The notes under the pieces: model-generated | Seen by the model: only the letters and a program-made list of their open reading frames with translations | What the model was told of the DNA's origin: nothing | Databases searched by the model: none | Translations under genes and position numbers: made by a program | From: Octopus sinensis | Lineage: Eukaryota | Assembly (NCBI RefSeq): GCF_006345805.1 | Contig: NC_042998.1 | Location: forward strand, 37,882,001 to 37,946,000 | Reading direction: 5' to 3' | DNA length: 64,000 nt | In this document: in pieces, positions 25,071 through 38,253 of the stretch | How positions within the stretch are numbered: position 1 is the stretch's first letter | Layout of the letters: the number at the start of each line of letters is the position of its first letter

Positions 25071-25111
25071 TGAGAAAGCTGGTTTGTGAAAGCACGTGGT
25101 TGAATATATAG

Positions 25112-25362
25112 AAAATAGTAAAAAGTGAAAAAACTACAGAAGGCTTATCTAGAACTCTTCTCAACATAAACATAACGATAACTCTTCTCAAAGTAAACAT
25201 AACGATGTAAGAAATTTGAAAAGCTGAACGCGAAACCGGTCATTTCTTCTGAACTAGGTCATTGTAAGAAAAAAAATTTATAACATTCTTCAGACATATT
25301 GACTCAAATATATATTTTTTAACCTTTTAAAACAAGCCTTCTGTAGTTTTTTCACTTTTTAC

Positions 25363-25368
<6 letters not shown>
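25112..25368. repeat. 35-bp perfect inverted repeat enclosing a hammerhead-like remnant
   Basis: 25112-25146 is the exact reverse complement of 25334-25368. The loop contains ctgaacgcgaaaccggtc (25224-25241). Confidence 0.85.
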
Positions 25369-25401
<33 letters not shown>

Positions 25402-25404
<3 letters not shown>

Positions 25405-25624
25405 GGGGCAGGCAACATGTTACTTGGCAGCATACCGAAAAATTAGAAATAGCAGTCAAGACTGTTTATTTCTATTTTCTACAAATGGGATTCCACATAC
25501 GACATATCCCTGTAATAGAAATGTCGTATGTGGAGTCCCATTTGTAGAAAATAGAAATAAACAGTCTTGACTGCTATTTCTAATTTTTCGATATGTGGCC
25601 AAGCAACCTGTTGCCTGCCCCTTT
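25402..25624. repeat. Long hairpin, ~104-bp arms, 15-nt loop, next to (TA)n
   Basis: aaaggggcaggcaac...catacgacat / atgtcgtatg...gttgcctgccccttt with few mismatches. Confidence 0.92.
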
Positions 25625-25836
25625 TATTTATATACAATATATATACTGAACTTTACAGAAGTTCCTACCGTTAATTGGTTATATTTACATACCGAATTCT
25701 ACCAGTAAATAATTGTTGGTTTTTTAAAAACCATTATAGAAATTATTTACTCTTATTAATTATTATTATTATATATATTTATATATATACAGAGAGAGAG
25801 AGAGAGACATATATATTATATATATTCATAGCTATA

Positions 25837-25894
<58 letters not shown>

Positions 25895-25897
<3 letters not shown>

Positions 25898-26058
25898 CGA
25901 CAGGTTTCTTTTAGTTTCCGTCTACCAAATCCACTCACAAGGCTTCGGTCAGCTCGGGGCTATGGTAGAAGACATCTGTACAATGTGCCACGCAGTGGGA
26001 CCGAATCCGGAACCATGTCGTTGGTAAGCAAGCTACTTACCACACAGCTGCTCCTGCG
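25895..26058 (-). mobile_element. SINE family B, head half
   Basis: Reverse complement of family B head and body. Confidence 0.8.
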
Positions 26059-26238
26059 AATATATATATGCGTGTGTGTGCGTGGTTGTGTGTATGTGCG
26101 TGGTTGTGTGTGTGTGTGTGTGTGTGTGCGTGGTTGTGTGTGTGTGGATGCAAACGCCTACATGCATACATACATTCATCTACAAATATCTACATACATA
26201 TTTGATTGTTTCTATGTAAATATATATATATATATATG

Positions 26239-26274
<36 letters not shown>

Positions 26275-27158
26275 TGTATACACACGCACGCGCACACACA
26301 CACACATATAAGTCTACGTTTATAGGTTTGTGTACCTGTGGATGTGTACGTGGTATATAGCTGTCAGAATGAATGTGTTTCGCTGAAAGATGTGTACTTA
26401 TGTACGCAGAATTCGGAGGTTTGTCTGTGACACATTTATCAATCATATTATGGAGAGCACGTTGATACCAAGCTATGCATACAATCAGTAACAAAATGAT
26501 GATTTTAACAAAACAGCTGAGTGTTTTCCCACACGGAAATATTGTCTTTTCTTCATATTTTATGAATTTATTTTTAAACATACATATCGGCGGATCGTTG
26601 CTAGAAAATTGGACTGAAAAAAATCTGCAGAATTTCCTCTATTCAGAATATTTTCTTGCGTGAAAAGCAAACTATTCATTGATATCGGCAAGTTCTTTCA
26701 AACAATCTAGACAATAAGAGAAGAAAGAAAAATGGATTCCTGTAGTACCATGTCCTGTCAGAAGTAATAAAAATATATATGTATATATATATATATGAAT
26801 CCCGGTGATAAATATGAATGCGTATAATCGCTTTTTTTTCTTTCTCACACACTCACCCGGTCACACATCTACATGCATACACGTGTTTGTGTTCACATAC
26901 GTACTTTTGATAAAACAATCACTTATCTCTCACACTTATCCGTATCAGGCAACGAGAGAAATCTTACTTAAACGTTCGATCTTCTAGAAATTTCATACAA
27001 ATCTTTAAATCGCACCCATTTAACGACAACACTATGCCCCATTGTCAAAGACAGGGCATAATATCGCCCAGTGTTTTCCGTACATTGTGAAAAGTTGTGA
27101 TCACCATGGCTTAATTCCTTTTCTTAAATAAGGTTTGAACTGAGACTATATATATATA

Positions 27159-27546
27159 GGTGCAGAAATGTGTGGTAAGTAGCTTGTTTACCAACCACAT
27201 AGTTTCGGGTTCAGTCCCACTGCGTGTCACCTTTGGCAAGTGCCTTCTATAGCCTCGGGCCGATGAAAGAGTTGTGAGTGAATTTGGTTGATGGAAACTG
27301 AGAGAAACTTGTCGTAAATGTGTGTGTGTGTGTATGTGTGTGCGTGTGTGTGTGCGTGTGTGTGTTTGTTTCTCACCATCGCTTGGCAACCGATTTGATG
27401 TGTTTACGTCCTCGTAACCTAGTGGTTCGGCAAACGAGTCCGATAGACTAAGTACAAGGCTTATTCTATCGGTCTGGGGGTAGATTTGTTCGGCTAAAGA
27501 CGGTGCTCCAACACGGCTGCATTCAAACGACTGAAACAAATAAAAG

Positions 27547-27549
<3 letters not shown>
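27159..27549 (+). mobile_element. SINE family B
   Basis: Head, internal (TG)n, and tail cggtgctccaacacggctgcattcaaacgactgaaacaaataaaagaat. Confidence 0.82.
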
Positions 27550-27581
<32 letters not shown>

Positions 27582-27589
27582 ATGTCCGT

Positions 27590-28200
27590 GTAGATGTAGA
27601 GGAAGCGCGGATCAAGAGGATAATTGGACCTGGAGGCTACCTAAAGAAGTTAAGTTAGAATGCAGCCACATAACATCTGGTCTCATCTCGAGCAGATTCA
27701 CACCAGCTCTTCAAATTCCTGCTCAAAACTGTAAGCAGAAAATTAGCGAGTCTGACACAAAATCGCATATGAGACAGGAGGGAATTATCCTCCTCCTCTC
27801 CAGTCTGTACAAAGAGCGTACTTTCAACGCTTAACGGATACGACTGATCTCAACGCAGTTGCAGAGGTGATAAGAGCTATCAAGTCTAGTGAACACTGCT
27901 CCAAGAAGGAGGCAATCACTTGAAAAAAGCCTGAACAAATATGCTGTTCACTATAATCTCAGTGTTATTATTGCCTAATTTCTACAACCCCAGACTGGCA
28001 CCGTGTAGTGAACCTTCATAAATAAATCTTCTATAGTACACCATAATCACGAAAGTCCGTCCAGATATAGCTATCTTCTCAGATCCCACCATGCATGATC
28101 ATATAAGGTACAGACACTGCTGAAAGAAGAAGAATGAGGGACGATGAGAGAAAGCTTGCCAAATACCAGGAGCCGAGAGCGTTGTAGGATCCAAAACTGG
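27590..28200 (+). mobile_element. Heavily decayed RLE-type LINE 3' region (HERO/NeSL-like)
   Basis: Remnant REL motif TIITKVRPDIAIFSD and ERKLAKYQE; upstream SLNKYAVHYNLSV resembles the (R)YTWRH(N/D) motif. Confidence 0.45.
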
Positions 28201-28502
28201 CGAGTAATTTGCTAATCAACCGAAGTAGGATGTATGTTATTCAGCCTATGGCTCAGTATTCTTGGCACTAAAACTAGAACACGAACTTATTGTACAGATA
28301 TTCTCTCAAAATTGCAAGCACCGAACTGGCTTTGCTCATCCTACCATCTAATTTACCAGTAAATGATTGCCCTAAACAAATAGAGACGTGGCTTCACTGT
28401 ACAAGTATTCGCCCACTCATACACACATGCATCTCTATTCGACTCATTGTCTCTATATTCACACACACACACACACATACATATATATAAATATATACAT
28501 AC

Positions 28503-28693
28503 AGTAAGAATTTACAAAAAACCAAAAAAAACGAAGACAAGTGTGTAAACAACAAAGATGTATTAGTTTAACGCGTGGGAAGTGAGAAAGTCTTTTACGT
28601 TTCGAACCTACGCTCGTCGACAGAAAGGAACACAGAAATAAACAGGGAGAGAAAATAAAAAAAAGTTTAGTGGCTAGCGACCTACCATGCTAG
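28503..28693 (-). mobile_element. ~190-bp pLTR-like short element, second copy
   Basis: Minus strand 28592-28627 reads cttt-CTGTCGA-cgagcgtaggttc-GAAAC-GTA-aaag. Colinear with 19298-19492 and flanked by TA/CA repeats. Confidence 0.6.
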
Positions 28694-28733
28694 TATATAT
28701 TTGTGTATATATATTTATATACACGAATAGATA

Positions 28734-28794
28734 CTAGCAGAAACAACCGGCGTTGCTCGGAATTAAAATGGCATAGTTTTTTATTGTTTTAATT
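28734..28794 (-). mobile_element. Possible Helitron 3' terminus, truncated by a SINE
   Basis: Minus strand ends ccgagcaacgccgg-ttgtttctg-CTAG|t: GC-rich hairpin ~10 nt before CTAG. Confidence 0.4.
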
Positions 28795-28998
28795 GCTTCG
28801 GCCATGTGGCGGCGGTCATGCTGGAGCACCGCCTTTAATGGAAGAAATCGACCGCAGGACTTATTCTTTCTAAATCTAGTACTTATTCTATCGGTCTCTT
28901 TTGTGACACGCTAGGTTACGGGGACGTAAACACACCAACATCTGTTGTCAATCAATGGTGCTGAGAGGACAAACTTGAACACACAAATACGTTATATA

Positions 28999-29062
<64 letters not shown>

Positions 29063-29224
29063 CACACTACGGGCTTCTTTCTGTTTCCTCTACCAAATCC
29101 ACTCACAGGGACTTGGTCGGCCCGAGGCTACAGTAGAAGACACTTGCCGAAGGTGCCACGTAGTGGAACTGAACCCCCTACTATATGGTTGGGAAGCAAG
29201 CTTCTTACAACACAGCCACTCCTA
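28795..29224 (-). mobile_element. SINE family B with internal (TA)n
   Basis: Reverse complement of 21203-21656. Confidence 0.85.
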
Positions 29225-29477
29225 TATTGTAATATTTCTCCTTTATACCAATTCTCACTCTGAGTTCAAATCCGGCCACGCCCACTTTGTATTACACCAT
29301 TTCAATAGTGATGAAATAAGGAATACATAAAAGAAATAAATTTTGTGATCAATATAATCTATTCTACTGGTGAGGATGATGCCTCAGTCACAGTTCATTG
29401 AACGAGTCCAATAAATACAAAATGACTCAATAGTATAATAATGGGACCGTCTTAAAATTTTGGTATAAATTGATATT

Positions 29478-29695
29478 CTTTTCGACTCTAGGTACAAGGC
29501 TCGAAATTTTTGGGGAGAGGCCAGTTGATTAGATCGATCGCAGTACGCAACTCGTACTTAATTTATCGACTCCGAAAAAATGAAAAGCAAAGCAAAGGTG
29601 ACCTCAGCGGAATTTGAACTCAGAACGTAACGGCAGACGAAATACCGCTAAGCACTTCGCCCGGCGTGCTAATCATTCTGCCAGCTCGCAGCCTT
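29478..29695 (-). mobile_element. SINE family A
   Basis: ctctaggtacaagg...gaatttgaactcagaacgtaacggcagacgaaatacc...ctgccagctcgcagcctt. Confidence 0.85.
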
Positions 29696-29757
29696 TTATA
29701 TAAATTAATATTGAAACATATCAACATGTTACTTTATATGTTTATAACACCTGGATA

Positions 29758-29797
<40 letters not shown>

Positions 29798-30374
29798 AAA
29801 GAGTGTTTACGTATATGTGTGCCTTTAGTATATGCATGCGCGCGCGCGCGCGTGTGTGAGTGTGTGTGCGTGCGACCAACAGAAGCCGTATGATTGATGC
29901 ATTTCAAGCGCAAAACGGAGGAATTATGTAAATCGTTGGCGTAAATTGTTAAATTTATTTTCGCAACGATATCGGATGCCTGGCATGCGACAATAAAGAC
30001 CAAACAAATTACGACAAAACTAAAGACAGCTCCATTTGTCAATTTGATGCCTTCGGTGCATTACTGGAAAACACACACAAGGATAGACACACATGCATAC
30101 TCTTATATGCACGAACACACATACTGAGGGAGTATGTGTGAATGTGCGATCAATTGTATACCTTATGATTGATATTAGAAATAAAAGAACATTTCTGGAT
30201 GAGATATAAGTGAAATAGGTAGGTTTTAACCATATTGCTTTGTTTCTTTTTTACATGTCACAAGAAAAAAAAAAACCCATGGCAAATGTGTACGATTGTA
30301 CGAGTTCAAACATTCTGAGTTCAGATCTAGCCCCAGGTAGTTCGGTGTATTTCTAAAGAGGTTAATATATATTT

Positions 30375-30722
30375 TTCTACTCCAGACACAAGGCCCGAAA
30401 TTTTTTTGGGGGGTGGGGGGGCAGTCGAAAGGATGAAAGGCAAAGTCGACCGCGGCAGAATTTAATCTCAGAATATAAAGACGAAATACCTATTTCTTTA
30501 CTACCCACAAAAGGCTAAACACAGAGGACAAACAAGGACAGGCAAACGGATTAAGTCGATTACATCAACCCCAGTGTGTAACTGGTACTTATTTAATCAA
30601 CCCCGAAAGGATGAAAGGCAATGTCGACTTCGGCGGAATTTGAACTCAGAATGTAACGATAGACGAAATACGGCTACGCATTTCGCCCGGCGTGCTAACG
30701 ATTCTGTCAGCTCGCCACCTTG
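30375..30722 (-). mobile_element. Nested or dimeric SINE family A (two tail variants)
   Basis: A complete monomer at 30490-30722 joined at gacgaaatac to a headless second monomer. Confidence 0.8.
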
Positions 30723-30999
30723 AGATGAATATACTCTACATTGCCTCTAAGCCAATAACTATAAGACTGGACCCATTCCATACATATAAAGTATCATGAA
30801 TGAAGCTATTTACATAGTTTGCTGCATTAAATTGCTGAATAATTATCATAATAAGCGGTGTTGTTTTCAGCTGCAACCAGAAGCACCCAAAAATGAAAGT
30901 TTGTCCTCGAATATTTTGCAGTACCCTTCAGCTACATAAGTCAGACAGTCAAAATATCAAATAGTGATGTGGTAGCGATAGTAGATCACTGGACGTACG

Positions 31000-31318
31000 T
31001 GAAGGCGCGTGGCTTAATGGTTAGGGTATTCAGTTCACGATCGTAAAGTCGTGAGTTCAATTCCCGGCGACGCGTTGTGTCCTTGAGCAAGATACTTTAT
31101 TTCACGTGGCTCCAGTCCACTCAGCTGGCAAAAATGAGTCGAACCTGTATTTCAAAGGGCCAGCCTTGTCACAATTTGTGTCACCCTGAATCTTCCTGAG
31201 AACTACGTTAAGGGTACATGTGTGGAGTGCTCAGCCACTTGCACGTTAATTTCACGAGCAGGCTGCTCCCTTGATTGTATCACCTGGGACCTTCGTCGTC
31301 GTAACCGACGGAGTACTT
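31000..31318 (+). mobile_element. tRNA-derived SINE family C
   Basis: A-box-like tggcttaatgg and B-box-like gagttcaattccc, then gtgtccttgagcaagatactttatttcacg...ctccagtccactcagctg. Confidence 0.8.
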
Positions 31319-31415
31319 CTACTGGACATATAAATGATAGGAATGTTAGATTATGGGACAATAGATTCCTCAACAAAGGTTTGCTATAAACCCGTATATA
31401 ACATAACCTTTATAT

Positions 31416-31711
31416 TTTGCTTGCTTCAGTCATTAGACTGCGGCCATGCTGTAGTATCGCCTTGCAGGATTTTAGTCGAACGAATCGATCCCATTCACTC
31501 GGTCTATTTTGCCGAACCGATTAGTTACTTTGACGTAAACAATTCAACACCGATTGCCAATTTGTGATTGGGGAGATAAACACAGACACAAAGACACACA
31601 CATACGCACACACACGTGTGTGTGTGTACGACAGTTTTCCCTCTCCCTGTTGCAATCCGCTCAGAAAGCTTACTACAGCCCGAGGCTATTGTAGAAGACA
31701 CTTGCCTAAGG
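31416..31711 (-). mobile_element. SINE family B, 5'-truncated
   Basis: Tail and body match family B; head missing. Confidence 0.7.
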
Positions 31712-32499
31712 TTTCAACCACGAATTCTAGGGGTTTTAAATTGTTACACTAGTTTGTAAAAACCGGTAGTAAAGGTCCACCCATTCGATTTAGAAGTTAA
31801 ACTTGAATGTAAATTATTTAATTTAGTGAAATTAAACTGGCTTGATAAAAATATCTTCTTTGGTCTGAAAAATTTACTCTCAAAGTCCTGGCCCAGCAGA
31901 CTTCTCATATAATTAGGTAACACAATGGTTAATGGAACACCTAGAAACTATTCAATTTGTTTTCCTCTTGACTCTTTCAAGCAATCAACCACTTGTTGAG
32001 AGAGCCAAGAGAGTTCAACTGTTTCAGAGCCTGGCACTTGAGGAAGAAAAAAAAATCAAGCAAGAAAAAAAGAAAAAATGAATGTAAAGAAAAAAAACGA
32101 ACAAGTATTACTTGATTGAAATAGCTGCACGTATTGCTTCTACGCTAAATGTAAACTTGCCAAGCTCGTGTAGCTGCATAAACAGAAAGTTCACAACCCA
32201 TTAAAATACAAATTGACATGTTAAATACTTTTTTATTTATTTGGTTTGCCTTTTCACAGAAACGTCCAGCAATGTAATATATACGCTTTCTAGAAATCTT
32301 CCTACCATATTCACTTTTGTTTTATCTTCTTCAAATTTTTTATTGTAAAATCTTAAATTCAAGAGAAGAATATGGTTCTTGTGTGTAGTTTTATTAATGC
32401 TGAGTAAGAGACAAGCTAAACAGAAACGTGGAATTCTCGCAGTAAATGATTTGTTTTAACACCAATGTGTTCTTCCATCTAACATAAATCTGTAATGTC

Positions 32500-33725
32500 A
32501 CGCACTCAACCATTTTCAAGTTGATCAAGTTGGAAAGACAGCTCTTCTACTTCTTGTGGAAGGGCGGGAAACCACTTGTGAAACGTTCTACTTGCTGTCA
32601 ACAACCGTTAAAGGGTGTACTAGGGATGCCTTGGCTGATGATGCGCAGACATGCGCTGAGGTTAAGACATCTGTGGCTCTCCCTGGATGGTGAACGGGTG
32701 TGGTCTCCGCTAGCAAAACTGATGTTTCCCAAGTTCACTAGTTTCGGTGGATGGGAAACCTGGCTGAATCGTAGATCGAAACTGGGCACATGGTACACGG
32801 AGTGTCGCAAGCTCTCCTGCTATTCGGTCGCTCGGGCAACGCCTGCGGTGGAGGTTCCACCACATTCTTCTATAGAGGGTTGGTAGAAGCGGAATGTGAA
32901 GATACCTTAGGGGAAGCCCAAGGTCTCGACGATAACCAGCTGGCCAGTCGATTCCAACGTACATTCGGGCCGAAGACCCTGGACAACTTCCAGAAGTCTC
33001 TGGCATGGCAGTGTTACAGAGGAGCTCTACCTGTTCGGGATAAACTAGCAAGGCACGGTGGCCGGGGCAGTCCGATATGTCCAAGATGCGAGCGGGATAG
33101 GGAAACCGTCCCGCACGCTACAGTTCATTGTTCGGTCGTGTCAGAGGTGTGGGTTTATGCCGAACAGCTGTTGTCAAGCACACGAAGAATACAGCTGTCG
33201 ACTGAGTCTATTATAAAAATTGACCCACCAGATTTCCTCGCGAAAGAAGGTAAGAATTGTTTTCTCGTTGTAGTAGCAATTGCGAAAGATGCGATTTGGA
33301 AGACTAGGATGAATGGTTTACGGTCAGGTAAGTTCATCTCCGGCCCTGGATTGATGAATTACTTCATCTTTCACCTAAAAAGGAAGATAGGGCTGGAGAG
33401 AAAATGCCTGACTAAGAGAGTGTATGAAGAACGATGGAAGGATGTAGCACGAAAGTTGAGAGTGGATGATACCACATAAATGTAAAACTAGACGAAACCA
33501 AAGTATCAGTGGGGAGGCGGGGCTCGTGGGGTCCGAGCTAAACCCGCTCCCACTCCATCCGTAATGTCTTCCGGTCTGTTCTTCATTCGATTTCTTCGAT
33601 TTCTTCATATTTTTGTATTTTTTGTAAATTTTTAAATTCATCTTTTTGTAATCCCATTCGTGTATCTGACCCCACATCAGATTGTATTGTCCCCTCTATG
33701 TTCGCCCCTAGTGGGTAATAATAAA
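32500..33725 (+). mobile_element. 5'-truncated L1/Tx1-like LINE (ORF2 C-terminus with zf-RVT, one frameshift)
   Basis: ERQLFYFLWKGGKPLVKRSTCCQQPLKGVLGMP (L1-type FLW...GLG.P), then LAWQCYRGALPVRDKL...CPRCERDRETVPHATVHC...W. ORFs 32521-32886 and 32790-33479 overlap; pyrimidine-rich 3' UTR follows. Confidence 0.85.
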
Positions 33726-34183
33726 ACAGATTACGACTGTAAATTTTAAAATTTTATGTGAAGTAAACAAACAAACAAAAAAAAAATCAGGAAGAAAAAT
33801 ATACGTATCATTTTCCTTATTATTACTTAATTTCTAATTCAAATGTCTCCCCCAACAAATATTATTAATCTCGCTTGTAATAATTGTACGCTAACGAACA
33901 AGACATCACATATGTCTGTAATTACAAGTAGTACAATTACGCCTGTAGAATGCAACTACTTTAGAAGAGCAAGAATTAGTGGAATGAGAGAAAAAATACG
34001 TACATATTTATTAATACCGGCAGCGATATTAAATAATGCTAAGAGAATCATTAGCATGAAACCTGGACAAGTACTAAACTTAAAATGTAGAGAAGCCAAA
34101 ATATTTCAGAGCTGTATAGAATCACAAAACTTTCGCCTCGCATGGCAATTGACTCAGTACAATAAGCGACCATTACCTCTGTA

Positions 34184-34500
34184 AGTGAAGGCGCATGGCT
34201 CAGTGGTTAGAACGTCGAGCTCATGATCGTGAGGTTGTGAGATCGATTCCTGGGCCTGGCTGCGAAATTTGTTCTTGAGCAAGACATTTTATTTCACGTT
34301 GCTCCAGTTAACTCAGCTGACATCACTGGTGCCAAGCTGTATTGTCTTTTGCCTTTCCATTGGATAACATCAATGGTGTGGACAGGAGAGGCTGGTATGC
34401 ATGGGCGACTGCTGGCCTTCCACAAACAACATTGCCCGGACTTGTGACTTGGAAGGTAACTTTCTAAGTGCAATCCTGTGGTCATTCCTGATCGAGGTAG
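34184..34500 (+). mobile_element. tRNA-derived SINE family C with a different 3' part
   Basis: gtgaaggcgcatggctcagtggttag...cttgagcaagacattttatttcacgttgctccag matches 31000-31135; downstream sequence differs. Confidence 0.75.
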
Positions 34501-35171
34501 GGGGGGGGGTCTCCTCCACCTCTGTAAAAACTGCACAAATTCACACCTAAAAAATATGGAATTTTGACTAGTTTTTTTTCTTCAGAAATGACTAGAGAAG
34601 ATGGGTAGGGAGTTGTTTCTCTAGAAATAGATGTCTGGGTGCTGATAACTGTCATAATATGCAATGAAGGGGATGACTGAATCATGGTCGTATAAAAAAC
34701 TTACACATAGGAAGCACGTCGACTATTATTGGTGTGGAGATGTCCATGAAAATTAGCCGGGACGCACCGAGCAAATAATTGGACTCTCCGTACTTCAAAA
34801 CGGAATGTAGATGTTATTAGTGTTGGGTGGTAGAATGCGTAGATATCATATATGCAGTGCAGAAACCCATTTAAGATCTTTTTTGTCTAAATCACACACG
34901 AAAGACAAACTTTAGACATAAAAGTCAACAACAGCAACAGCTGCGACAAACACCGAATCGATTGTTACAGAAGCAGGGCCTTCTTCAAGGCTACGACACA
35001 TTCACAGCTGCATCGCATTCTCAAAAGCAACAGAAAGAAAATAACATCAAGAGGAATACAACAAAAAACTATACGAAAATCACGAGCACGGTCACAATTA
35101 GAATCATAGAAATGAAAAGAAACGGAAACAAGACCAGTCACAAAATTAAAACCAGCAACAACAATAAGCTT

Positions 35172-35380
35172 TTCTACTCTAGGCACAAGGCCCGAAATTT
35201 TGGGGGAGGGGCCAGTCGATTAGATTAACCCCAGTACGCAACTAGTACTTAATTTATCTGTTTCTTTATTACCCATAAGGGGCTAAACATAGAGAGGACA
35301 AACAAGGACAGACAAACGGATTAAGTCGACTATATCGACCCCAGTGCGTAACTGGTACTTAATTTATCGACCCCGATAAA
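35172..35380 (-). mobile_element. Two nested headless SINE family A fragments
   Basis: ctactctaggcacaaggcccgaaa... followed by tttctttattacccataaggggctaaaca...actggtacttaatttatcgacccc. Confidence 0.78.
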
Positions 35381-35409
35381 CTTTACGATCCAAGATTAGT
35401 TCATGCTAT

Positions 35410-36179
35410 TAATGACGATGATCCAGACCGAAGAGTTCAATATTACGAGTATAGAAGATGCACAGTTTCCAAAAAAAAAAGATTGTGTGGGTGGAGTGAT
35501 GAGGCCACATTCAAATTAAATGGGTCAATTAGCCGCCACAATTGCACCTACGTGGGACCTGAGAATCCGCATATTATAGTGGAAGCCCATGTTAATTTAT
35601 GAGGAGTTACAGTGTGGTGTGGCTTATTATCAAGAGGATTAATTGGACCATTCTTTTTTTACGCTACTGTGACTGGTCCAGTTTATTTGAACTTGCTGCA
35701 ACAGTCTGTCATGCCAAGCATTAGAGAAGACTTTGAAGGTAAGGAGTTTTATTTTCAGCATTATGGAGTACCCCCACACTACCATCACGATGTTAGATCC
35801 TTCCTTGATGAAATCTTACCAAACAGGTGGATTGGACGAAGGGGGTTCGTTGAATACCCTCCACTTTCGCCAGATCTCACAACACTAGATTTTTTAACGT
35901 CTACGCTATGAAACCTGCAACAGTCGCTGATTTGAGAGTAGCCATTGAACGAGAAGGCACACAGAAAAATCAAACGAATTGTTTCGTGATGTTCGCTATT
36001 CCATTATTTCGCGTTGTCAGTAGTGCCCGGGCCAGAACGGACGTCAGTTTGAAAACAGTTGTTGACAAAACAATAAAATAATGTCTGTAGATTCTATTAA
36101 ATTTTGAAAATGTTAAGTATTTTAATAAACACCTGCTTTAATTATTTAAAGTGTGTATACATTTTGTGGGAACACCCTG
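35410..36179 (+). mobile_element. Tc1/mariner DD41D (rosa-like) transposon, 5'-truncated, decayed, with right TIR
   Basis: [19 protein letters not shown]...RHNC, VWCGL...IGPFFF, FQH(Y for D)GVPPH...RWIGRRG...SPDLTTLDF with 41 residues between the catalytic positions. Ends ...gggaacaccctg|TA. Confidence 0.82.
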
Positions 36180-36494
36180 TATATGTCTAAGTGTATTTGT
36201 ATTTAGCATTAAAAACACGACTCCGAAAGAATTATCTTTCACTTTTTTCTTCATTGTGCACGTTTCCTGTTTCCTTGCTTTTCCACAATATGTTGGGGGA
36301 ACAATAGAACACTGCATTTCATGTTATTTTCTCGGTTTTGTTGTCGTTGTTTAACCTTAGCTGCGCCCATATAAAACTCTCGTCCTTCTGTATTATGCTT
36401 ATTTCATTCAGTCAGACACCACGGTGTATTTGCGGGAACTGTTTGATATTTTAGTAGGTCGTCTGAAGGATTGGTTAATAATGATTTCAATTTT

Positions 36495-36952
36495 TTTCCC
36501 ACAGAGGCACCCTGGGGGAGGGGATCAAGTAGATTATATCGAAACCAGCGACTGTTGCAGGTTTCATAGCCTAGACTTGAAAAAGTCTAGTGGTGTGAGG
36601 TCTGGTGAAAGTGGAGGGTATTCAACGAAACCCCTACGTCCAATCCACCTGTTTGGCAAGATCTCATCAAGGAAGGATTTAACATCGCGATGCTAGTGTG
36701 GGGGCACCCCTTCTTGTTGAAAATAAAACTCCTCATCTTCAAAGTCTTCTCTGATGCTTGACACGACAGACTGTTGCAGTAAGTTCAAATAAACTGGACC
36801 AGTACCGGGTAACTGGTACTTATTTAATCGACCCCGGAAAGATAAAAGGCAAAGTCGACCTCGGCGGAATTTGAACTCAGAAGGTAAGACGTACGATATG
36901 CTGCTAAGCATTTTAGCCGGCGCGCTAACGATTCTGCCAGCTCGCCGCCTTC
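36495..36952 (-). mobile_element. SINE family A interrupted by a ~260-bp inverted DD41D transposase fragment (36544-36803)
   Basis: SINE tail at 36495-36548, SINE body and head at 36799-36952. Insert is the reverse complement of 35672-35933. Confidence 0.8.
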
Positions 36953-37738
36953 AAGGATTGGTTAATAATGGTGTTTATTATTTCATTTTCACGAATTACA
37001 ATAATCATGATAATGAGGTTTGATCTGCAGGCAACAATGTAAATGGAAACCTGAAAATTGTGTTTATATCTTTCACTTTTCTTATCAGAGAAAATAAATT
37101 GCTCCACTCTAATGTAAATACCGAACGTTATTTTATTTTCAACAACGAAAACGATAAAATTGGTGCAGAGTTGTATATGAAATATATAACACGTTTAAAA
37201 GGAAATAAAAGTTCCCATACAAACAGTTGTGTGTATGTGTATATATTTGTGTGTATTTAGGTGCTTATATATACATACATACGCACGCATGCACACACAA
37301 GCACAGACACATAACAGATATTTCTATACACTAACACACGCATGTGTGTGCGTATGTGGTTATACCTGTGGGAAATACAGCATGTGTTGAGTGATGAGGC
37401 ATTAATCAACTTATAAGTACATACTAATTTTTCACTTACTTATCTCGCTCAAGTGTATACATACACACAAGCACACACACGCGCGCACGATTATATGCTT
37501 TATTGGATATATATAGCTTCATGCATTTAGCGTGGTAACATGCATACTTGAAAGCTGATACCAAACATTGAACCCAATAAACGCAGACATCGGCAAGTTA
37601 TCAGACATAAACTTGTATACTGTATGCATATATCCAAACACACAATCGCACATTCATTATTCTATACATGTTGCCTAACAATGAAGCACAAATATTTATG
37701 TTAATATCATGATTAATAAGTATATTTATATACATGTG

Positions 37739-37834
<96 letters not shown>

Positions 37835-38006
37835 TGAGTGCGTGTGTATGTGTGTGTGCTTCACGGTCTGAAAGCGACGAAAATATTTTGATAAATTAAA
37901 TTTAAATGTTGAAGTGAATCTAACGGTTTTGTTTGGTTTGAAATTGCTTATAAACACCTTCAAAGGTTCAATTGTAATAATCATATATACATACATACAT
38001 ACATAC

Positions 38007-38232
38007 AAATATTTCACATCAACCCGGAGTTTCTACACATCCTAATTACTATTATCCTGGTATATCTATATATATATATATATATATATATGATGTGTGT
38101 ATTTTCCCCTTGTTTACAATTATCACGGGAAAATAGATAAACAGTTACCAGGATAGCAAAAAGTCTTACAAGTAATTAGGACGTAACACCCGGTTTTTAA
38201 AGGTAGAAACTCCGGGTTGATGTGAAATATTT
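38007..38232. repeat. 30-bp perfect inverted repeat around a (TA)n-containing loop
   Basis: aaatatttcacatcaacccggagtttctac (38007-38036) vs gtagaaactccgggttgatgtgaaatattt (38203-38232). Confidence 0.88.
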
Positions 38233-38253
38233 TGTATAATATATATAACTAAA

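Noticed and set aside
31000-31080. tRNA genes at SINE heads (also 21203, 34184, 52604)
   Set aside because: A/B-box-like motifs are present but continue into SINE bodies, with no intact acceptor stem or cloverleaf.
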